A stretch of 64,000 nucleotides of DNA from a virus. A program made the translations under genes and the position numbers. The notes below the pieces were generated by a model that saw nothing but the letters and a program-made list of their open reading frames with translations, was not told the origin of the DNA and did not search any database. The stretch is from positions 1 through 64,000 of IMG/VR virus record IMGVR_UViG_3300007535_000003; one strand, written 5' to 3'. Positions 40,846 to 48,003 of this stretch are shown piece after piece (the first letter of the stretch is position 1; every line of letters begins with the position of its first letter).

Positions 40846-40965
40846 GGTCCGTTCGTCTAGTGGTAGGACGCCGAGCTGTTAATACTTTATACATGCACTA
40901 GCTATGTTAGAGTATCAACCATGGTTTGCCCCACGGAAACGGAGGTTCGACTCCTCCACGGACTG
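40846..40965 (+). tRNA. tRNA-like RNA (Glu/Asp-type body) with the anticodon arm extended into a long hairpin
   Basis: Acceptor GGTCCGT/ACGGACT; D-arm GTCTAGTGGTAGGAC; T-arm GGAGG-TTCGACT-CCTCC; about 45-50 extra nt in the anticodon arm. Confidence 0.7.
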
Positions 40966-40970
40966 CTGTT

Positions 40971-41163
40971 AGCCATATAGCTCAAAAGTGTTACACTCAA
41001 GTTCCTAGGAATCGGCTGTAACCCCCAAGGATATGCAGAGGAGAATGGAACTTATTTGGACTTAAAATCCAATCCATTCTAGGCCACCTCACGCAGAGTC
41101 CGAGTAGCGGAAGAGCCCCTAATAAATTATAGGGAGATCTGGGTTCGAGTCCCAGTATGGCTA
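40971..41163 (+). tRNA. tRNA-like RNA with ~120-nt structured insertion in the D-loop
   Basis: Acceptor AGCCATA/TATGGCT; D-stem GCTC/GAGC; CCCTA/TAGGG arm with an 8-nt loop; T-arm CTGGG-TTCGAGT-CCCAG. Confidence 0.7.
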
Positions 41164-41198
41164 CTATTTTTATTTACAAACCACAAAAATTAAATATT

Positions 41199-41366
41199 AT
41201 GTCAGCATTAATTGCATTCCTTGTAACAATGGCATTCCTAAGTTTAATGGGCTATGCCTTATTACCTTACGGGACTAAGGAGGAAGCCTCAACGAGAAAA
41301 GTAGTAGGTATTGTAGCAATTTTAGCTACAGTAGTAATACTAATATTAACTTTAATAATATCCTAA
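41199..41366 (+). CDS. Small two-TM membrane protein
   Basis: Likely start ATG 41199 after the motif. Confidence 0.55.
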   Translation: MSALIAFLVTMAFLSLMGYALLPYGTKEEASTRKVVGIVAILATVVILILTLIIS

Positions 41367-41369
41367 AGT

Positions 41370-41627
41370 ATGGAAAAACGTTATGCCCTTAACAGGGGAG
41401 ACATCTTAGTCTTACTGTTAAATGGGAAGAAAAAGACATTTAGGGTCTTATCCTCAAAAGATAGCATGGGAAAAGACGCCGACAGTAGTAATAAGAAAGA
41501 GCCTTTGGATCTCAATATAAGTAGCGAGCTATTCAAAGAGATCGAAAAGAAACTGCCTGAAGTATTTTTTAAGAAAATCCGATGGAAATCTAACTCAGTA
41601 AGATTATTAAGCGTTAAAAGGAGCTAA
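41370..41627 (+). CDS. Hypothetical protein
   Basis: ORF in operon. Confidence 0.55.
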   Translation: MEKRYALNRGDILVLLLNGKKKTFRVLSSKDSMGKDADSSNKKEPLDLNISSELFKEIEKKLPEVFFKKIRWKSNSVRLLSVKRS

Positions 41628-41630
41628 GAC

Positions 41631-42074
41631 ATGTGGAAATCTAACTCAAAGCAAAGCAAAGACAAAATAAGTAAGGGCAGTTTAGTAATTATTGACATGC
41701 CCGACTTTATTGGAGAATATGTACCTTCAATAAGTAAGGTAGCGTGTAGCTACAAAGAAAAGATGCTACATTTCTCTAATGTTAGCAATGCTTTTGGTAG
41801 CTTATTTGGTGAAGAACACCATTTAATAGAAGTACCAAGAGCAGTCATACTCTATAACAAGACACATTTTCTTAAGAGTGTATTAGAGCTATCTGAAGCA
41901 TATAAAGAAGATAGCTTAGATTCTTTATTCTTTTACGGTCGTAAAATAGTACTACCAGTCCATGAGGGATACTTAATGCCGGTAAGTAAAATAAAGGATC
42001 CACACAAAAGAGGACTATGTTATAGAGAATGGGAAATGTTAAAGACTAAGGGATATAGTAACCTTATAACCTAA
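41631..42074 (+). CDS. Hypothetical protein
   Basis: ORF in operon. Confidence 0.55.
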   Translation: MWKSNSKQSKDKISKGSLVIIDMPDFIGEYVPSISKVACSYKEKMLHFSNVSNAFGSLFGEEHHLIEVPRAVILYNKTHFLKSVLELSEAYKEDSLDSLFFYGRKIVLPVHEGYLMPVSKIKDPHKRGLCYREWEMLKTKGYSNLIT

Positions 42075-42135
42075 CTTAACTAACAAACGATTTACTTACG
42101 CTGCTAGCTAGGGCTTTAGCGGACTCGGGTTCGAT

Positions 42136-42756
42136 CAAAAGGTCGAAGTTAAACTGGGTGAATTCAGGGAAACCTAAGTCACAATGATAAGGCAACCCTG
42201 AGCCAAGCCCTTAAGAGGGAAGGTGCAGAGACTACCTGAATACAGGCTAGAGCGCCCAGCACTTAAAAGTGAAGAGATAGTCCGATACTCCTGAGAAATT
42301 AGGAGAAGAAGCGAGATGTAAATTCTTGACGTTTTGATAAGGTTTCTTTTGTATATTTACCATTACGAGGTGTTATACTCTTCAATTCGTTAAGTATCAT
42401 ATCTATACGTCTACGCTTCTTGGGATGTCTGGAATTTATGTAAGATAGTACGTTTATACATTTAGGTAAATAAGTATACCTCAGCTCATAATTAGTAAAA
42501 TCACCTGATTTTTTAGTACAAATGAATCCATTATGACCTGTTTCAAGTTTAATAAATTTTTCTATTTCCACAAGTAGGTCATATTCGTTATTACTAAAAG
42601 AAATAACAGGTGATCTTTCGCAATTCTTATGTAAACGTAAAAATGTTATCGTGCCGTCAGCATCAAAGAAACCTGTAATATATTCCCAACCCATATTTTT
42701 ATTGAATATACGGACGCAGGTTTGAAATGTTACTGTTCCAGATGTTTTAACTATTG
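42136..42756 (+). mobile_element. Group I intron in the tmRNA T-loop
   Basis: P1 TTCGAT|C-AAAA-GGTCGAA with U:G at the splice site; P3 CTGGGTG/CGCCCAG; P4 TTCAGGG/CCCTGAG; GCAGAGACT and AGATAGTC (P7); P9 CTCCT/AGGAG; terminal G at 42756. Confidence 0.9.
42299..42694 (-). CDS. Single-motif LAGLIDADG homing endonuclease, antisense inside the intron
   Basis: WEYITGFFDADGTI; TPRNGKYT; lies in the intron 3' (P9) region. Confidence 0.88.
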   Translation of the reverse strand: MGWEYITGFFDADGTITFLRLHKNCERSPVISFSNNEYDLLVEIEKFIKLETGHNGFICTKKSGDFTNYELRYTYLPKCINVLSYINSRHPKKRRRIDMILNELKSITPRNGKYTKETLSKRQEFTSRFFS

Positions 42757-42789
42757 TCCCGAAGGCTCCACTTATCTAAACACTGTATT

Positions 42790-42930
42790 ATGAAAGCATT
42801 AAAACTACCACGGAAGGAGAAAAAGAGACGTAAGAAGGAGATACAAAAGTATCTAAGAAATGTTCTTAAGGTAGAAGCTAATACTAAAAACATCCGATTA
42901 TCGGAAATAGGATACAGGCTAGTAAAATAG
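42790..42930 (+). CDS. 46-aa basic peptide in the tmRNA intervening segment
   Basis: MKALKLPRKEKKRRKKEIQKYLRNVLKVEANTKNIRLSEIGYRLVK. Confidence 0.45.
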   Translation: MKALKLPRKEKKRRKKEIQKYLRNVLKVEANTKNIRLSEIGYRLVK

Positions 42931-43168
42931 CCCGTTGCCAATGATAGCAGTAGGGCAGGTGAGGAGAAAATATTATAATTTCACGGAGGTTGGTAACTCA
43001 GGTAGCCCCTGGGGTGTAACCTGCCCTTTGTTTTCAACGTTAAAAATATGGGGCCTAATTGGTTTTGACGTTATGGTACCCAGTTAGCACGAAAGGTGTA
43101 AGTAATTTTTAAATGGCGAATCTGAAATGATGCAATTGCTTAGAGCAGCTGCTTAATCGGTGAGTCTT

Positions 43169-43195
43169 GGGGGACATTAATAGTCCCCCTTTTTC
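43169..43195 (+). terminator. Terminator after the tmRNA coding piece
   Basis: GGGGGAC-ATTAATA-GTCCCCC-TTTTT. Confidence 0.8.
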
Positions 43196-43219
43196 TTTAA
43201 CCATTAAAACTAACCAAAC

Positions 43220-43768
43220 ATGGATAACTTATTTAGGAAGACACTACTCCAAGATCTTAAAGATCAATATTTGGAGTTACGGAAAGACTTCTTTAGGGCT
43301 AAAAAAAGAGGCAACAAAAGGGAAGCAAATTCCCTGCGAGAACAGCTTTCAACACTTTCCGCCTTAATCGGAGAAATTGAGAATATGGAAAAGAAGAAAG
43401 CATCATCCAGCTTTGAAGGAGACAAAAAGTACTTAAGGAAATACTTATTTGATACACTAACTGCTTCTTTGACTGAATCCAAAGATAGTCGTAAAGGTAG
43501 ACTTTTCAGAGATAAGTGTATCAACGAAGTTGCAACTATAACGAAAGCTTCTCATAAGCACTTGTTTGAAGAAGATGATAAGTTAAGTCCAGAAGAGGCG
43601 TATAATATCATTAATACGCTTAGTAAGTTTGGTATGAAGGAATTCAGGGAAAGAATCAGTGAAGCAAGAAAAGACGACAGGGGTAGAGACAGAATTGTCA
43701 AGTTTGTCTTTTCAAATTCACCTGAAGATCGAAATAAAATCGATATGGTGATTAAGAAAGTTCTATAA
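43220..43768 (+). CDS. Hypothetical protein
   Basis: 182-aa ORF. Confidence 0.65.
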   Translation: MDNLFRKTLLQDLKDQYLELRKDFFRAKKRGNKREANSLREQLSTLSALIGEIENMEKKKASSSFEGDKKYLRKYLFDTLTASLTESKDSRKGRLFRDKCINEVATITKASHKHLFEEDDKLSPEEAYNIINTLSKFGMKEFRERISEARKDDRGRDRIVKFVFSNSPEDRNKIDMVIKKVL

Positions 43769-43789
43769 ACCCTGAAAAAACCGATTAAA

Positions 43790-44848
43790 ATGAACAAATA
43801 CAATGCTTCTGCATCGGAATTATTTGATGCAGCCGAATACTTTTACAAAATGGCTGTCCGTTTTGAAGACAGGTATTGGAATCATGGCAACAACCAAAGT
43901 GATATGAGTGCCATGCATATGTACAAACTGAAAGCTGCTGAAGCTGAAAGCTACGCTGAATTGCTTATTCAAGAGGGGTTAAGCAATACCCTAGGATTTG
44001 GTCCTGAATGGATTAAAAAGAATTTTGTAGCTCTTAATCCAGCTAATATTAAAAGTGAGGTAAGTAAAGCTAAAGAAGCTGGTAAAAGTGAAATCCCTAA
44101 TGCTGAAATAGTTAATGATGAAGCTGAATTCATTAGCAAAAAAGTAGGTATGAAATTACGGGAAGAAGAAGCAGCTGTACTTAGCAAAAAAAGGCAAATA
44201 CGTGAAAGTGAACCTCCATTTGTAACTAGCTTACGTTCTGAAATTATAGAACTACTTGAAAAAGGTCTAAGGGGCGAATTGGTTACATTATTAACTAAGT
44301 TCCATTTTAGGGATGTTGAATATCCTGCAGAAAGAGCTTACAGGTTTATCAACTTAGTTAAAGAGCAATTCAATATATTAGAACCCTCAAGTTCTTTAAA
44401 AGAAGCTAAAACAGCCAGAAGGGTAGCTGAACTAAAAACTCAGCTGCTTAATAAAAAGAGAAGAGAATTCAGGAAAAAGTACACTAAAAAGCATGGTAAA
44501 TTGCCTAAGCCCGAATTACTCAATGCTATACAACTAAGCGATCAGGAAATAGCTCCTTTAGTTGAAAAAGCTAATAAATGGGGCACAGAAAAGATACCTG
44601 TAAATACCTATGTTTATGCTAGATACACGGTACATAATTGTAATGGTGTAGATGTAGAAGAGGGCTATGCCAAAAGACATAAGAATAAGCCTAATGAGCT
44701 ATGGCATAGCAATAGGTTTGTATGCTTCTTAAGTGATGTAGAGAAGTGGAGACCTATCTACGATATCATTCACAACAAAGAAAGGGAGATGAAGTGGTAT
44801 TTCAATAACAACCCTGTATCAGGCAAATATCAAAGAAATAAAGTTTAA
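43790..44848 (+). CDS. Hypothetical protein
   Basis: 352-aa ORF. Confidence 0.7.
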   Translation: MNKYNASASELFDAAEYFYKMAVRFEDRYWNHGNNQSDMSAMHMYKLKAAEAESYAELLIQEGLSNTLGFGPEWIKKNFVALNPANIKSEVSKAKEAGKSEIPNAEIVNDEAEFISKKVGMKLREEEAAVLSKKRQIRESEPPFVTSLRSEIIELLEKGLRGELVTLLTKFHFRDVEYPAERAYRFINLVKEQFNILEPSSSLKEAKTARRVAELKTQLLNKKRREFRKKYTKKHGKLPKPELLNAIQLSDQEIAPLVEKANKWGTEKIPVNTYVYARYTVHNCNGVDVEEGYAKRHKNKPNELWHSNRFVCFLSDVEKWRPIYDIIHNKEREMKWYFNNNPVSGKYQRNKV

Positions 44849-44863
44849 CCTAAGTAACATATT

Positions 44864-45388
44864 ATGTCAAAAAGTAAAAAAGAAAGAAACACTTCACACG
44901 ACGCAATAGAGTTAATACTCGTAAGCGTGCGTATCAACGAGCTCAGGAGCTTAAGGTTACGGTTATTTAACGACATTTATTTAATACGTTCAACCTGTCA
45001 AAACTCCAAGTTTACAAGAGCTTCTAGTACTATCAACAATATGAGTTTACTCATAAGCGAGATAGATGCTAGAAGAAAAAGCTTAACAAGGAGAAGTAGA
45101 TCCTTGATGGTAAGAATGATTAAGCTAACCAATAAAACATTTCAAGAAAAACCATCAGAGCTAGTGCCCTTACACAATAAAGATATTGAAACTGGGTATG
45201 TAGAACTGACGGAAGTAACTGAACAAGGTGAACTTATACCCCATTTACTACTACTTGATAGTGGTAAAATAGAACCAGCTAACAATGTAAGAGCTAAACA
45301 GATCATGGCAAGAGGTCCCAGCTATACCGGGTTCACCTTCGATAAAATAAAAGCCTTGGCTATAATGTCTGAAACCTGGCCAAGGTAG
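44864..45388 (+). CDS. Hypothetical protein
   Basis: 174-aa ORF. Confidence 0.65.
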   Translation: MSKSKKERNTSHDAIELILVSVRINELRSLRLRLFNDIYLIRSTCQNSKFTRASSTINNMSLLISEIDARRKSLTRRSRSLMVRMIKLTNKTFQEKPSELVPLHNKDIETGYVELTEVTEQGELIPHLLLLDSGKIEPANNVRAKQIMARGPSYTGFTFDKIKALAIMSETWPR

Positions 45389-45390
45389 CA

Positions 45391-46690
45391 CATAATATTT
45401 TTTGTGGTTTGAGTCGATTTAGGTGCGAGCCTATTTCGGCTTCAATTTTTGTAGCAGTTCTTGAGAGAACCTTCACCCTACCGCCTTTGGATTCGGCAAT
45501 GTTGGGAATACCAAGGACAATGCCTACTACCTATTAGCTACTCAATATCTACAAAACTACTCTCCTTATGAAGTATCCTAGGAAGATGGGTTCCAATTAT
45601 TGATTTAAGCGCACTCTGAGGAACTGGCAGACCCGATGGATACATTAAGGTAAATAGGTCTAACGCAACCCATGGTCAAATCCGTACTCTTAAGTGTGTG
45701 GGTATTACCCTTAAGAGCTTATGCATGCTCGCACTTCCCTTTACGAAAAGGTTGAACTAAGAAGTAACTGAATACGGGGCTGTATATACTGTATACAGTG
45801 GGGCTGGAAACACCAGAAGACTACGATGATGCTACCTAGTAAATAGGCCAAGTGAACACTTAACTTTGAATTAAGTTAGTAACGGGGGGTCCAAATTCCT
45901 TAGAGTCGTTGTATAGACCTTGAGTACCGAGTACAGAGTAGATAATTTATCCCCCAGTAAAGTGGTGTAGTTCAAGCCGCAGTAGCGAAATATGAACTGT
46001 CGTCTGTGATTTCGGCTGGGGTAAGAGGAGGAGGGATGGATACGTGTGCTTCACCGTTTGTATGGTAAGAAGCTACATGTTATACGCCCTAGCCAAGATC
46101 TGAAGCATGAATCGTCAAGTTGGGGCTTAGGAATAAGTTTGATAAATAGCCTGCGATAGGTCGCAATCCCTATCAGTTTCAACCATCGAGTAATGTGGAG
46201 GATACATACATCAATGAGGCGGTAATGCCGCCCAGTATCATGGTAGTGCGCTTTATAACTGATGCAGCCATTTCCAGTTATATTTGCTTGGAGCTACTTA
46301 TGATGCGATACTCTGTAGGACAGAGGGTCTTTAAACTTAGCAGGTAACCGTAAGTGTGGAGAACAAAGTTAAGTCCCTAGAGTAGAACAGACCTCTAACA
46401 GTTCTACAAAATTCAAATAGTAAACAAGGGTTTACAACGGAGCCGTTAGGCTGTTGTATAATATATACCCAAATAAATGTCAGTGTATTTCTTGCCTAAC
46501 CACAGCAAGAGACTGACTAATAGTGACTATAAGAGTATTAAGCTAAGGAGGTTGTGAGTGGATGTGGTTCATGAGGTACCAAGTGCATTTTAAAAGCTTG
46601 GGTGGATGACTTCATTGAATCATAGCTTAATATTAAGTAAGGAAATAGGACTGGGGCTTAAGAAAGTCCCAGCTCCCCAGTCCTTTTAAA
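45391..46690 (+). ncRNA. Large structured non-coding region (one or more ncRNAs)
   Basis: 1.3 kb without a 60-aa ORF in any frame; GC-richer; many hairpins, GNRA loops and long-range complementarities; ends in a terminator at 46647-46687. Confidence 0.65.
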
Positions 46691-46700
46691 CTATTAAAAA

Positions 46701-47015
46701 ATGAAGGTAAAAAAGTATAAATATCTAATACCTATAATAAGCATAAAAGCTGAAGGTACCTTAGTACATTTGATACAGCGCAATATTCTGTACAAAGCTA
46801 AAAAAGTACTAGGGATCAAAATACCAATAGAAAAGATCTTTCAAAAAGACAGGGGGATCTCAGCTTGGAAAGAGACAGCGGGTCATAAGCAGACTAAATG
46901 GAGAATAGTCTACATAAAAGATGAAGATAATAACATCAGATTAGGGCCCGTTATTCAAGACAAGAAACTTTTAAAGTTTTTAAACAAGATTACTAACCAA
47001 AATTATGCAAAATGA
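46701..47015 (+). CDS. Hypothetical basic protein
   Basis: 104-aa ORF. Confidence 0.55.
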   Translation: MKVKKYKYLIPIISIKAEGTLVHLIQRNILYKAKKVLGIKIPIEKIFQKDRGISAWKETAGHKQTKWRIVYIKDEDNNIRLGPVIQDKKLLKFLNKITNQNYAK

Positions 47016-47512
47016 AAAGAGGAGCTAGCAAACCCAGTAGTGTTTTATCGCTTGGAGAAATAGTATATTTTCTACAAGAAGAGGTTGTAGACAATGACAA
47101 CAAGTTGATAAGGACTACCTGGTATGATCCAAAGGGTATAAGAGTAGTATCTGTTGTCTTAGACGGCAACAAAGTTGTAGTAAATCGAAAAGATATCGTC
47201 GAGTCTATTATGTCTAAAGGAGAGATAGAAGGAGACCATAAGATATTTGAAATGTCTTTCGATATCAACAAAGAATCGATTTACACAGACAAAGATTCCG
47301 CAATAGAAGATGCGTGGGATCTCAATGAGAAGTCCCTGGAACAAAACAGGTATGCAGTATCTGAAAAGAAAAAGGAGTTATCTGACCTTGAAGAAAAAGT
47401 TAAAATGGTCAAAGTTCAGATAGATGCTGGAAATAAAGTATCTCAATTTCTCGAAGATTGGCTTGAAAAATTAGGTGATGGGGAAACCTACACTGATGAT
47501 CAAGCTGTTTAA
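47012..47512 (+). CDS. Hypothetical protein
   Basis: 166-aa ORF. Confidence 0.6.
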   Translation: MKRGASKPSSVLSLGEIVYFLQEEVVDNDNKLIRTTWYDPKGIRVVSVVLDGNKVVVNRKDIVESIMSKGEIEGDHKIFEMSFDINKESIYTDKDSAIEDAWDLNEKSLEQNRYAVSEKKKELSDLEEKVKMVKVQIDAGNKVSQFLEDWLEKLGDGETYTDDQAV

Positions 47513-47549
47513 CCTTAAGAATTATTAACCAACTAAACAATTTAAAAAA

Positions 47550-47972
47550 ATGGCTAAAAGCAAAAAGAAAGTACAAGATGAAGTACAGGAACAAGAAACT
47601 GCAACTACAGTGGAAAATGAAGCTACAGAAGCTTCTGGTTCAGACAACACCCAAACTGCTAACGCTGAGGATGATACGGTCTTTGGTACGGTAGTATGGA
47701 ACGACAAAAAGAAGAAAGGATTTGGTTTTATCCAGATGGATGGTGAAAAGCAAGAAGAAGGTAATGATATCTTTATGCACCATTCCCAAATTATGGCTTA
47801 CAAAGATGGTAAGGTACCAAATCTTGAAGCTGGTGATAGGGTATCCTTTATACTTGTAGATCCCCCGGAGAGCAATAGCAAACAAAAACCTATTGCTTCT
47901 GAAGTAGTTCTCGAGGAAAAAGCTCCCAAAGAGGATAAACCCAAAGAGGAAAGCAAATCTGAAAATAAGTAG
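47550..47972 (+). CDS. Cold-shock domain (CspA-like) protein with acidic extensions
   Basis: GTVVWNDKKKKGFGFI (RNP1), DIFMHHSQI (RNP2), LEAGDRVSF. Confidence 0.85.
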   Translation: MAKSKKKVQDEVQEQETATTVENEATEASGSDNTQTANAEDDTVFGTVVWNDKKKKGFGFIQMDGEKQEEGNDIFMHHSQIMAYKDGKVPNLEAGDRVSFILVDPPESNSKQKPIASEVVLEEKAPKEDKPKEESKSENK

Positions 47973-48003
47973 TGTTAAACTCTAAAAACTAAAAAGCTAA
48001 CCA

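Larger units (their letters stand above)
36862..41189 (+). promoter_or_regulatory. Dispersed AAACCACAAAA motif at early-gene start regions (about 10 copies)
   Basis: Copies at 36862, 37265, 38312, 38349, 38612, 39525, 39937, 40578, 40724, 41178 and a variant at 37767. Confidence 0.75.
42091..43156 (+). ncRNA. ssrA: Permuted two-piece tmRNA gene (acceptor piece ~42091-42135 + 42757-42770; coding piece 43050-43156+)
   Basis: GGGGCCT(43050) pairs with AGGCTCC-A(42763-42770) with G3:U70; T-arm TCGGG-TTCGAT^T-CCCGA; tag frame GESEMMQLLRAAA* (43115-43156); inter-piece helices. Confidence 0.88.

Noticed and set aside
40895-40902. Amber-suppressor anticodon (CTA) at the apex of the extended hairpin
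   Set aside because: The loop is 4 nt (ACTA), lacks U33 geometry and is far from the normal anticodon position
36862-41189. CRISPR-like array from the repeated AAACCACAAAA
   Set aside because: The repeat is only about 11 nt, irregularly spaced and separated by whole genes; no cas genes
45322-45393. Minus-strand gene explaining the antisense motif plus ATG at 45393
   Set aside because: The frame closes after 23 codons and lies antisense to the 44864-45388 ORF; not fully excluded, but unlikely
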